Below are positions 13,199 to 22,700 of a stretch of DNA of 64,000 nucleotides, in pieces. How positions within the stretch are numbered: position 1 is the first letter of the stretch; each line of letters begins with the position of its first letter. The DNA is from Gammaproteobacteria bacterium (GTDB lineage Bacteria > Pseudomonadota > Gammaproteobacteria > Eutrophobiales > Eutrophobiaceae), in the NCBI GenBank assembly GCA_947480335.1, contig CANKCB010000005.1, positions 8,018-72,017 on the forward strand. The letters are read 5' to 3'. The notes below the pieces were generated by a model. That model ran no database searches and was not told the DNA's origin. It saw nothing but the letters and a program-made list of their open reading frames with translations. The position numbers and the translations under genes were made by a program.

Positions 13199-13810
13199 AT
13201 GAGTCCGCAGAGGAACATAATCAGCTATTTACAAATGCATCCAGCCATTCTTTCGGCAATAGGTCTGGCCCCACTGGTAATAAAGAGTAACAGCGTGGTG
13301 TCCGGTCTGATGATTAGTCTGGGATTTACCCTCGTGCTGTTATTGAGTGCTCTGACAGTTTCGCTATTGCGTCATCTGGTTGCCCGACAGTTGCGCGTGC
13401 CATTTCTTTTGTTAACCAGCTCGGTATGGACGACCGTGCTGGATTTGTTATTGTTGACCTGGTTTTATGAATATCGTCTAGCACTCGATGTCTATATACC
13501 GCTCCTGGCAATGAATAGTCTGCTCTTGTTGGTGCTGGAAAAGGATGCGCTGACAATGTCAATGATGAACCTGTTCGTCCAGACGTTGCAGACTTCATCC
13601 GTTGTGTTATTTCTCTGTATCCTGAATGGTTTATTGCGGGAATGGCTGACAACCAACTCCGGCCGAGGCGCTCACTCGGTTTTTGTTTTGCCATTATTTA
13701 ATACCGCGGCTGGCGCTTTTATAGTGACTGGATGTTTGCTGGCAATGATTAATTATCTCAATGCGGCCAATCAGGATAGCTCCCGGACCGTAAACGACAA
13801 GGGCGAGTAG
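13199..13810 (+). CDS. Divergent RnfE/RsxE-like membrane protein
   Basis: Aligns by eye to RnfE (GLxPL, LRVP, LALDVYIPL, LRE) and lies directly before nth as in rsxE-nth. The conserved cysteines are absent. Confidence 0.7.
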   Translation: MSPQRNIISYLQMHPAILSAIGLAPLVIKSNSVVSGLMISLGFTLVLLLSALTVSLLRHLVARQLRVPFLLLTSSVWTTVLDLLLLTWFYEYRLALDVYIPLLAMNSLLLLVLEKDALTMSMMNLFVQTLQTSSVVLFLCILNGLLREWLTTNSGRGAHSVFVLPLFNTAAGAFIVTGCLLAMINYLNAANQDSSRTVNDKGE

Positions 13811-13815
13811 CCAGC

Positions 13816-14460
13816 TTGAACACACTCAAACGAACCCGAATTTTCGAAATATTTGCTACCCAAAATTCCACGCCCACTACAGAACTGGTTTATTCTTCGG
13901 TGTTTGAACTGTTGGTGGCAGTGATACTTTCTGCACAGGCGACGGATGTCAGTGTCAACAAGGCCACAGCCGGACTATTCCGTATCGCCAATACACCGGA
14001 AGCAATCTATAAACTTGGTGTGACCCGATTAAAGCAGTGGATCAAGTCTATCGGGCTGTATAACACCAAGGCCGAAAATATCATCAAGACTTGCAGGATA
14101 CTGGTTGAGGAACATGATAGTGTCGTGCCTGACAACCGGGAATTACTGGAAAAGCTGCCCGGGGTAGGCAGAAAAACGGCGAATGTGATATTGAATACGG
14201 CATTTGGGCAACCGACCATCGCCGTTGATACGCATATTTTTCGTGTAGCGAACCGTACCGGGCTTGCTGTTGGTATAAATCCGCTGGAAGTGGAGAAAAA
14301 GCTGCTGCGATTTGTTCCTGTGTCCTATCGGCAGCATGCACACCACTGGTTGATCCTGCACGGCAGATATACTTGTATTGCCAGAAATCCGAAATGTGCT
14401 GATTGCAGTATTTATGATTACTGCGAATGGAAAGAAAAAAGCGTTAACCGGCCACACTGA
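13816..14460 (+). CDS. nth: Endonuclease III
   Basis: LSAQATD, HhH LPGVGRKTAN, AVDTH and the FCL motif C-x6-C-x2-C-x5-C. Confidence 0.97.
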   Translation: MNTLKRTRIFEIFATQNSTPTTELVYSSVFELLVAVILSAQATDVSVNKATAGLFRIANTPEAIYKLGVTRLKQWIKSIGLYNTKAENIIKTCRILVEEHDSVVPDNRELLEKLPGVGRKTANVILNTAFGQPTIAVDTHIFRVANRTGLAVGINPLEVEKKLLRFVPVSYRQHAHHWLILHGRYTCIARNPKCADCSIYDYCEWKEKSVNRPH

Positions 14461-14587
14461 ACACAGAGAACACAGAGGGAAGATATATAAAAATCAGAAA
14501 ATATAATTCTTCTGGCGAGAATAATTTTGGTAAATAGTAATAATTATATGATCCTCTTTTCTCCGTGCTCTCTGTGTTCTCTGTGGC
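14451..14587. repeat. Long inverted repeat built from 9-bp CACAGAGAA units around an AT-rich spacer
   Basis: GCCACACTGAACACAGAGAACACAGAG at the left end and CTCCGTGCTCTCTGTGTTCTCTGTGGC at the right end. Confidence 0.8.
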
Positions 14588-14617
14588 AAAATATCAATCC
14601 TTTAATGTAGACGAACG

Positions 14618-15040
14618 ATGATAGTCCAGGATCGAGATACAAGTAGACGGGTATTTGTTCAGGCATGGGCGAAGTCACGTACCGGTGAAATATTAACAGC
14701 ACTGGAGAAGCTGGTGCTGGCCGTGATCCTGGAACATCCTGAATATCATGTCTGGCTGGATAACAAATCAGTTTTGCAGCAGGAATTTAGCCCCGATGCG
14801 GGTGTAGATAACCCGTTTTTGCATATGGGTATGCATATTGCAGTTCGCGAACAAATCAGTACAGACCGTCCGCCCGGCACGCGCTCGTGTTATCAAATCC
14901 TGTTGGGGAAATATCAGGATGAGCATAAACTGCAGCATACGATGATGGAATGTCTGGGCCAGTGTCTGTGGCAGGCACAAACAAACCGTACCCTGCCCGA
15001 TGAAATGGCTTACCTGGAATCCCTGAGGAAACTGGTTTAA
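14618..15040 (+). CDS. DUF1841-family protein
   Basis: HPEYH, NPFLHMGMHIAVREQISTDRPPG and MECLG motifs. Confidence 0.8.
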   Translation: MIVQDRDTSRRVFVQAWAKSRTGEILTALEKLVLAVILEHPEYHVWLDNKSVLQQEFSPDAGVDNPFLHMGMHIAVREQISTDRPPGTRSCYQILLGKYQDEHKLQHTMMECLGQCLWQAQTNRTLPDEMAYLESLRKLV

Positions 15041-16314
15041 TGCAAAACAGCAATGTTTACAGTCTTTTCGGTAATGCTGCTGGTCATAGCCTTGATGACC
15101 AGCTTGCACTGCTTGCAGAAGTTGTGCAGTCATTTGCCTCGTCTCTGGATGTCGATGAAACTTTGCATAATGCCATTGAAAAATTTATCCAGTACCTGAG
15201 TGCTGAAGCGGCTTCCATTTTTCTATTAAGTGAGGATAAATCTGAACTGGTTTGCCGTGCCTGTGCCGGTCCAGTAGACATTACCGGACTGCGATTACCC
15301 GCCACGGCAGGTATCGTCGGAAAAACAGTGATGACCCGTTCCAGTCAGTTTGTCAGGGATGTGAGACTGGATCCGGCATTTGCACAGAATGTAGACAAGG
15401 ATACCGGCTTTGAAACACGCTCTATCCTGTGCGCACCGTTAATGGTGCAGGAAAATTGCATCGGGGCGCTGGAGTTGATTAATAAAAAGATTGATGACGG
15501 TTTGTTTGATAAGCGGGATGAGAATATCCTGGTTGCATTGGCATCGACAGCGGCGCTGGCAATTCACAATGCGCGTATGGCTAATCGCTTGATTATTCAG
15601 GAACGCATGCAAAAGGAGTTGGAACTGGCTCGCGAAATTCAGGAAGGTTTATTGCCGGCCAAACCCATGGAGGACTATCCGGTACAAGGGATGAATATTC
15701 CGGCACGGGAAGTGTCAGGCGATTTTTATGATTTTTTTACCCGTAATGACGGGTTGATTTATTTCAATCTCGCTGATGTATCCGGCAAGGGTATGAATGC
15801 CGCCCTGTTAATGGCAAAAGTCAGTAGTTTATTGCATCTGCTGGCGAGGGATGTAACTGATCCCGGATTGTTGCTGGCAAGGGTGAATGAGGAAGTTTGT
15901 GAAACGGTTTCTCACGGAATGTTCGTCACCCTGGTGTCAGGGTTTGTGGATCCGGTAACACAGACAGTCAGTTATGCCAATGCCGGGCATCAGCCACCGT
16001 TATTCCGGCACAAGGATGGGCATTTTGAGGAAATTGAGGCGATGGCACCGCCAGTAGGAATTATGTCTGGCACCGAATTTCCGGTGACGACACTGTCACT
16101 ACAAGGTGGCAGTCTATATCTGTTTACCGATGGCGTTACCGAAAGCGCAGACACCAATGGCGACGAAGTTGGTGTCGAGGGTCTCAAACGACTGATTGTG
16201 ACCAATCAGTCGTTAAATGGTCTGTCCAGATTGGAAGCCATAGTCGGCAAAATTCGCAATCCACTTGTCAGTCAGCATGATGATATAACGATAGTGATGA
16301 TCGAATGCAAATAG
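15040..16314 (+). CDS. GAF + SpoIIE (RsbU-like) PP2C phosphatase
   Basis: GAF domain (DKDTGFETRSILCAP), then ELELAREIQ, GDFYD, DVSGKG, FTDGV and DDIT. Confidence 0.92.
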   Translation: MQNSNVYSLFGNAAGHSLDDQLALLAEVVQSFASSLDVDETLHNAIEKFIQYLSAEAASIFLLSEDKSELVCRACAGPVDITGLRLPATAGIVGKTVMTRSSQFVRDVRLDPAFAQNVDKDTGFETRSILCAPLMVQENCIGALELINKKIDDGLFDKRDENILVALASTAALAIHNARMANRLIIQERMQKELELAREIQEGLLPAKPMEDYPVQGMNIPAREVSGDFYDFFTRNDGLIYFNLADVSGKGMNAALLMAKVSSLLHLLARDVTDPGLLLARVNEEVCETVSHGMFVTLVSGFVDPVTQTVSYANAGHQPPLFRHKDGHFEEIEAMAPPVGIMSGTEFPVTTLSLQGGSLYLFTDGVTESADTNGDEVGVEGLKRLIVTNQSLNGLSRLEAIVGKIRNPLVSQHDDITIVMIECK

Positions 16315-16733
16315 ACCAGCATACAGAACTGCTTTTCAGACTGAATTTACCGGCAAGACCAGAACGTCTTGCTCTGGTCAGGGCTGTTACACTACGTATG
16401 GCAGAGCAGGTTGGTTGCAGCACTGAAACCGCGCAAAAACTGGTAATTGCCATAAATGAAGTCTGTATGAATATTATCCAGCATGCCTATCAGGGTGATG
16501 TAAATGGCCTGTATGTGATGGAAGTAAAACGGAATGCACAGGCACTCTATTTTCGTTTTGAGGATTCTGCGCACCCTGTTGATTTGGACAAGGTGAAGCC
16601 CAGAGAATTGGAGGATATACGTCCGGGTGGACTGGGGGTGTATTTTATCCGTGAAATCATGGACAGTTTCGAGATGGGGCACCTGCAAGGTGGTAAGGGG
16701 AATTATCTCGAAATGATGAAAAATATTGAGTAA
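16305..16733 (+). CDS. Anti-sigma factor / Ser kinase (RsbW-like HATPase)
   Basis: AINEVCMNIIQHAY N-box and RPGGLGVYFI G-box. Confidence 0.9.
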   Translation: MQIDQHTELLFRLNLPARPERLALVRAVTLRMAEQVGCSTETAQKLVIAINEVCMNIIQHAYQGDVNGLYVMEVKRNAQALYFRFEDSAHPVDLDKVKPRELEDIRPGGLGVYFIREIMDSFEMGHLQGGKGNYLEMMKNIE

Positions 16734-16792
16734 GCTGTTCATTGTGGTAAGGCCGATGTTATCCCTGAAAAATAGAATAACAGGAAACAGGT

Positions 16793-17125
16793 ATGAAATA
16801 TAACGTGAGAGAGGAAGCCGGGTATACCGTTGTAGAGTTGGCCGGGGACGTGGATTTATCGTGTTCACCTGATGCAAGGAAGCAGATTTTGCAATGTCTC
16901 GATGGCAAGAATAACCTTTTGGTTGATCTTGCCAGTGTCAGTTATATCGATAGTTCGGGGGTGGCCAGTCTGGTTGAAGGTTTTCAGACAGCGAAAAAGA
17001 AAAACCTGAAATTCGGGCTGATAGGTGTCAGCGCAGCAGCGATGAGTGTGTTGCAACTGGCCCGCCTCGACAAGGTATTTCCGATACATGCAACTATTGC
17101 CGATCGTATCCAGGCTGACAATTAA
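16793..17125 (+). CDS. STAS anti-sigma antagonist (RsbV/SpoIIAA-like)
   Basis: GDVD and VDLASVSYIDSSG, which contains the phospho-acceptor Ser motif. Confidence 0.92.
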   Translation: MKYNVREEAGYTVVELAGDVDLSCSPDARKQILQCLDGKNNLLVDLASVSYIDSSGVASLVEGFQTAKKKNLKFGLIGVSAAAMSVLQLARLDKVFPIHATIADRIQADN

Positions 17126-17149
17126 AGCTTACCTCAGTCATGTGATAAA

Positions 17150-17177
17150 TAAAAAACCGCCTTTCGGCGGTTTTTTT
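17150..17177. terminator. Bidirectional intrinsic terminator
   Basis: AAAAAACCGCC-TTTC-GGCGGTTTTTTT between convergent genes. Confidence 0.9.
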
Positions 17178-17203
17178 ATTTATTAAACTGGTATGACCTA
17201 GCC

Positions 17204-17977
17204 TTAGCGAGCCAAAGTAAACTCCATCTTGATACCGGCCAATTCAATCATATCACTGTCCTTTAACTGATAGGCTTTGGCGCCAATCGGCTCTCCGTTA
17301 ACGGTTGGATAGCGCTTTCCATCACCATCGCTTTCGATGTGTGTCAGGAAATAGCCCTGTGGACGGCGTGAAATAACCGCTACCTGGGTACCTGGTTTGC
17401 CTAGCGTGATTAAGGCCTTGGTCAATTCCAGTTCTTTACCGGCAATTGGTCCGTTTAATACAGTTAATCGGCCCAAAGGCATTCCAATGGGAGCCGCCGC
17501 TATAGCAGCGGCAGGCGCTGCCTTTGCCATACCTCCAGCAACAGGTGGTGGGGCCATTGCTGGTCTGATTGGGGCTGACGCTGCCGCACCGGCAGCTTCA
17601 GCTGCTTTTGCCGCAGCAACAGCTGCACTGGCTGAACCCGGTTTGATGATCATAGTTTTTTCAAACTCATCATCATCATTGGTGGCGAGTTCATTCAGGT
17701 ATTTCAGTTCATGTTTGCCGATGGCAACTACATCGCCATCCTTAAGAGCATGTTTTTTAATCAGTTTGCCGTTAACGTAGGTGCCATTGGTGCTGCCGAG
17801 ATCTTCCAGGAAAGAATCGTCAAGGATGGTAATGATCAGTGCATGCTTGCCGCTGACAGCAAGATTATCAATCGGAATTTCATTTTCCGGTTTGCGTCCT
17901 ATAGTAATACGTTCTTGATTCAGTTCGTATTCACCCTGAACGACACCATGGTTATGTCCCAATTTCCCTGACATCAA
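17204..17977 (-). CDS. Tandem FHA-domain protein
   Basis: First FHA domain has GR, VSGKHA and DLGSTNGT. An Ala/Pro-rich linker containing FEKTMII leads to a second FHA-like domain. Confidence 0.88.
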   Translation of the reverse strand: MMSGKLGHNHGVVQGEYELNQERITIGRKPENEIPIDNLAVSGKHALIITILDDSFLEDLGSTNGTYVNGKLIKKHALKDGDVVAIGKHELKYLNELATNDDDEFEKTMIIKPGSASAAVAAAKAAEAAGAAASAPIRPAMAPPPVAGGMAKAAPAAAIAAAPIGMPLGRLTVLNGPIAGKELELTKALITLGKPGTQVAVISRRPQGYFLTHIESDGDGKRYPTVNGEPIGAKAYQLKDSDMIELAGIKMEFTLAR

Positions 17978-18801
17978 AAGATGCTATTTTTTAGTTTTTG
18001 TATCAGATTTTCACTGGTCACCGAAAAGTCACCGAGAATTCTGATCAGTACGACAGAAATATTGTCCTTGCCACCTTTTTGGTTTGCCAATCGTACTAAC
18101 TCATTGGCAGCTTGTCCAAGATTAGCACTATATTTACTTAGGGTTAAGTGAATTTCTTCATCATCTACCATATCATTTAATCCATCCGAGCACAGCATGT
18201 AAATATCACCCGGATACACCGTTTCATCCGCCACATCAACTATCACCTCGGGTTCGATACCGACTGCCCGGGTTACCAGATTTTTAGGTGTATTTTTAAG
18301 AACTTCTTCCCGGGTATAAATACCACGGTCTATAAGCTCTTGAATTAACGAATGATCTTTGGTTACCTGACTAAACACATTCTGGCGAATCCGATATAGT
18401 CGTGAATCACCGACATGGGCGATTGTCGCAATATTATTATGAAAAAGCACCACTACCAGCGTGGTTCCCATGCCCTGACATTGAGGATCGGTTTGTGCGG
18501 CTTTGTAAATCTCTGAATTGACATGAATTACCGCATTTTTTACGGCAATTGCTTCGGGACTCAGCTGGGCGTCGCTAGCTGTTGGTTGTTGTATGGGTTT
18601 GGCCAAGCCCTCCAGAATCTTTTTATGGGTAGTGGTTACGGCAATAGCACTGGCCACTTCGCCAGCCTTATATCCCCCCATGCCATCAGCCAGTATTACT
18701 ACGCCATTTGTGAGATCACATAATGTGCTGTCTTCATTATGAGGACGCCGTTTTCCTACATCGGAGACATTAATTATCTCGATTTTGCCAGCAAGGTACA
18801 T
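17974..18801 (-). CDS. PP2C-family Ser/Thr phosphatase (Stp1/PrpC-like)
   Basis: NED, ADGMGG, GTT, HVGDSR, LCSDGL and GGKDNIS motifs. Confidence 0.93.
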   Translation of the reverse strand: MYLAGKIEIINVSDVGKRRPHNEDSTLCDLTNGVVILADGMGGYKAGEVASAIAVTTTHKKILEGLAKPIQQPTASDAQLSPEAIAVKNAVIHVNSEIYKAAQTDPQCQGMGTTLVVVLFHNNIATIAHVGDSRLYRIRQNVFSQVTKDHSLIQELIDRGIYTREEVLKNTPKNLVTRAVGIEPEVIVDVADETVYPGDIYMLCSDGLNDMVDDEEIHLTLSKYSANLGQAANELVRLANQKGGKDNISVVLIRILGDFSVTSENLIQKLKNSIF

Positions 18802-19001
18802 TGTCGTATGCAGGATTTCAATGGGATCAGAGGTGGATTATTAGAAACGTGGTTATCTAGTATTTGTGTTCGCCGGCGAATTTAGTTGTCTTTTAATACA
18901 GTAGTTTGATCGGTCGTCATACAGATTGTAAACAATTGTATACGAATCCCCTAAAGTGATAATAGCCTGATTTTATTAGAATTGTCCATGTGTTCATTAA
19001 A

Positions 19002-19029
19002 AATAAACCCGGATTTCTCCGGGTTTATT
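19002..19029. terminator. Terminator downstream of fdxA
   Basis: AATAAACCCGGA-TTTC-TCCGGGTTTATT perfect hairpin. Confidence 0.8.
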
Positions 19030-19033
19030 ACGC

Positions 19034-19357
19034 TTATTTTTCCAGATACTGGATTTTATCTTTAACCGTTTTCCACTCATCTGCATCTGCAGGAGCATCC
19101 TTGATTTCATTGATGACTGGCCAGATTTTTGACATTTCAGTATTGATAGCGATGAATTGTTTCAAATTATCAGGTACATCATCCTCGGACATGATCGCAT
19201 TTACGGGACATTCCGGTTCACACAGGGTGCAATCGATACATTCATCCGGGTCAATTACCAGCATATTAGGCCCTTCATGGAAGCAATCAACCGGGCAGAC
19301 CTCCACACAGTCGGTAAACTTACATCGGATACAGGAATCGGTCACTATAAACGGCAT
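19034..19357 (-). CDS. fdxA: 7Fe ferredoxin I
   Basis: [18 protein letters not shown] and [12 protein letters not shown]; downstream of mutS. Confidence 0.95.
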   Translation of the reverse strand: MPFIVTDSCIRCKFTDCVEVCPVDCFHEGPNMLVIDPDECIDCTLCEPECPVNAIMSEDDVPDNLKQFIAINTEMSKIWPVINEIKDAPADADEWKTVKDKIQYLEK

Positions 19358-19453
19358 TATTGGCTCCTCACTTATTACTGTTAAATCACTTTAAATCCGG
19401 GCATTTATATCTGCAATATCGACTTGTTGCTGGTTTACATAACCCATGAAAAT

Positions 19454-22006
19454 TCAGTATTGCAGCTTTTTTAACTTGTACAATATTTCCAGCGCATGCT
19501 GTGGTGTAATCAGGTCCGGGTTGATCGAGTTCAATGCATCGACCAAAGGATGTTCATGATAAACCGGTATCAATTGCGGAACAGGAACAAGGGCAGCAGT
19601 ATTACCGGATTCAATCGTTTCCAGACGTTTTCTGGCGTTTACTATAACTGATTTCGGTATACCTGCAAGTTGTGCTACCTGTAGTCCATAACTGCGGTTT
19701 GCCGGTCCTGGTTTAACATGGTGCATAAACACGATTTTGTCTCCATGCTCAACCGCATCAAAATGCAGGTTTACTGTACCCTCCAGTACGTTGGCCAGTC
19801 CTGTCAATTCAAAATAATGTGTGGCAAACAACGTATAGGCCCTGACTGTATTGGCCAGACAAGTGGCACAGGCCCACGCCAGAGCCAGACCATCAGAAGT
19901 GCTGGTACCGCGGCCAATTTCATCCATCAGCACCAGGCTGTGATGAGTGGCATTATTCAAAATATTGGCTGTCTCTACCATTTCCACCATAAATGTTGAC
20001 TGACCGCTGGCCAGATCATCGCTGGCACCGATACGGGTGAAGATACGGTCCACCGGACCGATGACAGCGGTATCGGCTGGAACAAAACAGCCGATATGAG
20101 CAAGAATGACAATCAGTGCCGTCTGCCGCATATAGGTACTTTTTCCACCCATATTCGGGCCAGTGATGATGAGTAATCGTTGTTGCTCGTTAATTAGCAA
20201 ATCATTGCCGATAAATGGATCGGACTGGATTTGTTCAACCACCGGGTGACGACCGTTTTTGATGGAAAGCCCCGGTACCGTTGAAAATGACGGACGATGA
20301 TAATGCAATAAATCTGCGCGTTCTGCGAAAGTGGCGAGCACGTCAAGTTCGGCCAGTGCAGAGGCAGTGGTTTGTATCTGGCCCAGGTTGGTCGTAATAC
20401 GCTGTAATATGGTTTCATACAGCATTTTTTCTCTTGCCAGTGATTTTTCACGGGCACTGAGTACCATCTCTTCAAATTGTTTCAGCTCATCAGTAATGAA
20501 CCGTTCCGTGGCTTTCAAGGTCTGGCGACGATGGTAGTCCGCAGGTACGGTGTCGCTGTGGATACGGCTGATTTCGATGTAGTAACCATGAACACGGTTA
20601 TAGCCGACCTTAAGAGTGGCTAATCCGGTGCGTTGTTTTTCGCGTTGTTCAAGATCCAGCAGGTAGGCGCTGACATCTGAGCTAAGTCGACGCAGTTCAT
20701 CCAGATGTGCATCGAAGCCGTCGGCAATCACGCCTCCATCGCGCAGCGTAACCGGTGGTTCAGTAACCAGTGCCGCATCAAGATAGGACTTAAGTGCGGG
20801 CAATGGATCAACTTGCAGTGTGAGTTCACTGATACGTCGATCTTTCAGCGAAGACAGATAATTTATAACGTCAGGCAATAAACAAAGTGTGTTGCGCAGT
20901 TGTATCAGGTCACGTGGCCGGGCCGTATGCAGTGCGACACGGCTAACAATACGTTCGATATCACCGAGTAAACGTAACAACGAGCGCAGATTGTTATAAT
21001 TCTGGTTGGACAATAGTAACTCAACCGCATCATGACGCAGGCTCAAGGACTTGTGATCGCGTATCGGTTGCAGCAGCCACCGCCTCAACAATCGGCTGCC
21101 CATCATGTTGCTGGTGGTATCCAGTATATTAAGCAAACCATGTTGTTTACGACCGTATAAATCCTGGGTCAATTCGAGATTACGGCGACTAATTGTATCG
21201 AGTATGATCCAGTCCTGTCGATGCTCGACACTGATAGCTTGCAGATGTTGCAAGTCCTGGCACTGGGTTTCACGCGCATAATGCAGTGCTGCGCCGGCCG
21301 CACAGATAGCCAGATCCAGATGTTCATAATCCAGTCCTGCCAATGACTGCAGTTGATATTGTTGCAACAGGATTTGTTTTGCAGGATTGTATTCAAAAAA
21401 CCAGGCAGGTCGTGTGCTAATCCTGCAAGGAGCACCCGCAAGTTCTTCCGTTCGCTGGTCACTTATCAGGATTTCAGAAGGTGCGATACGTTTCAGTTCG
21501 GAGGCAATCTGATCAGAATTGTCGAGTTGGAGTAAACGGAATTTACCACTGGCCAGGTCCAGACAGGCCAATCCAGCACCCCGTTTGTCGATATGGATTG
21601 CCAGCAGAATACAATCCTGATTTTGCTCAAGCAAAGCCTCGTCCGTGACGGTGCCGGGTGTGACAATGCGGGCGATGCGTCGTTCCACCGGTCCTTTTGA
21701 TGTTGCCGGGTCACCAATCTGTTCACAGATAACCACCGACTCTCCCAGACGAATCAGTCTGCCCAGATAGTTTTCTGCGGCATGATAGGGCACGCCGGCC
21801 ATCGGTATCGGTTCTCCAGCAGATTGGCCACGTTTGGTCAGGGTGATATCAAGTAAACTTGCGGCCTTACGTGCATCTTCGAAAAACAACTCATAGAAAT
21901 CACCCATCCGGAAAAACAGCAATTTGTCTGGATGTTGTTGCTTGAAACCCAGATACTGCAAAATAACCGGAGTGTGTTGGGGTTCGTTTGCGGGCAGGGA
22001 AGACAT
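19454..22006 (-). CDS. mutS: DNA mismatch repair protein MutS
   Basis: [23 protein letters not shown] and DEIGRGT motifs. Confidence 0.97.
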   Translation of the reverse strand: MSSLPANEPQHTPVILQYLGFKQQHPDKLLFFRMGDFYELFFEDARKAASLLDITLTKRGQSAGEPIPMAGVPYHAAENYLGRLIRLGESVVICEQIGDPATSKGPVERRIARIVTPGTVTDEALLEQNQDCILLAIHIDKRGAGLACLDLASGKFRLLQLDNSDQIASELKRIAPSEILISDQRTEELAGAPCRISTRPAWFFEYNPAKQILLQQYQLQSLAGLDYEHLDLAICAAGAALHYARETQCQDLQHLQAISVEHRQDWIILDTISRRNLELTQDLYGRKQHGLLNILDTTSNMMGSRLLRRWLLQPIRDHKSLSLRHDAVELLLSNQNYNNLRSLLRLLGDIERIVSRVALHTARPRDLIQLRNTLCLLPDVINYLSSLKDRRISELTLQVDPLPALKSYLDAALVTEPPVTLRDGGVIADGFDAHLDELRRLSSDVSAYLLDLEQREKQRTGLATLKVGYNRVHGYYIEISRIHSDTVPADYHRRQTLKATERFITDELKQFEEMVLSAREKSLAREKMLYETILQRITTNLGQIQTTASALAELDVLATFAERADLLHYHRPSFSTVPGLSIKNGRHPVVEQIQSDPFIGNDLLINEQQRLLIITGPNMGGKSTYMRQTALIVILAHIGCFVPADTAVIGPVDRIFTRIGASDDLASGQSTFMVEMVETANILNNATHHSLVLMDEIGRGTSTSDGLALAWACATCLANTVRAYTLFATHYFELTGLANVLEGTVNLHFDAVEHGDKIVFMHHVKPGPANRSYGLQVAQLAGIPKSVIVNARKRLETIESGNTAALVPVPQLIPVYHEHPLVDALNSINPDLITPQHALEILYKLKKLQY

Positions 22007-22068
22007 GTTGAGGATTTTAACGATATTTCAGCCCAAGCGCTAACCGGTATTTGCTTTGCTGTGAAGGC

Positions 22069-22521
22069 TTATTCAGATGTGTCCAGTGGCATCAGTTCGA
22101 GTATTCCCTGCAATATTTTTTTGCCCTGCTCACCGGTTTCCATGCCTTTACTGTTATGCAATTGCAACTGGCCAAAACTGTAGGTGGCCTGTTTCAATTG
22201 AACCATACCCAGATTAAACCATGCCTCCGCCAGTTCCGGGTCTTGCCGCAACGCTTCGCGATAGGCTACCACGGCGGCATCCGGTCGGTTGGTAAATGCA
22301 TAGATATTGCCAAGGCGATACCAGTATCCGGGTTTATGCCCGGGGCTTGTAACCAGCTGGGTATAATACTTTTCACTCTCTAGCCAGTTTGAGCTGGCAT
22401 ATGCCGTAATTGCCATGCTTTCTGCTTGCTGCCAGTTGGCGACAGGGACTTGTTTAACTGCGCCATTGGTGGCACAGCCAGTCAGTAGCATCATCAGCAT
22501 CATTATTCCGGTTTTATTCAT
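22069..22521 (-). CDS. TPR-repeat lipoprotein
   Basis: Lipobox LLTGC and TPR-like WYRLGN...A...Y / AWFNLG. Confidence 0.8.
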   Translation of the reverse strand: MNKTGIMMLMMLLTGCATNGAVKQVPVANWQQAESMAITAYASSNWLESEKYYTQLVTSPGHKPGYWYRLGNIYAFTNRPDAAVVAYREALRQDPELAEAWFNLGMVQLKQATYSFGQLQLHNSKGMETGEQGKKILQGILELMPLDTSE

Positions 22522-22627
22522 GAAGAGTATCCGCCTGAATCAGGTTTGGTTCCGTTAAAAATATTCATTGATAATAGACCACTTAATGGCATGGCGATCA
22601 AATATTCAAATTGAAATCAGACACAGC

Positions 22628-22659
22628 CCTTGAAAAAATATTGTAAAGTCACCACATAG
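22628..22659 (+). promoter_or_regulatory. sigma32 (RpoH)-type promoter of htpG
   Basis: CCCTTGAA followed by CACCACATAG, resembling CTTGAA-N(13-17)-CCCCATnT upstream of a heat-shock gene. Confidence 0.7.
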
Positions 22660-22700
22660 TTCATCTGCATGAATAGTTAACATAGTGAGGTCCTGTAGCA

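Noticed and set aside
16731..16759. Possible sigma28 promoter before the STAS gene (TAAG...GCCGATGT)
   Set aside because: Spacing is 17 nt rather than 15, so it is not supportable.
17204..18801. FHA and PP2C as T6SS Fha/PppA partners of the orphan Hcp
   Set aside because: They are 18 kb away, have generic Stp1/FHA architecture, and no tss or ppkA genes are present.
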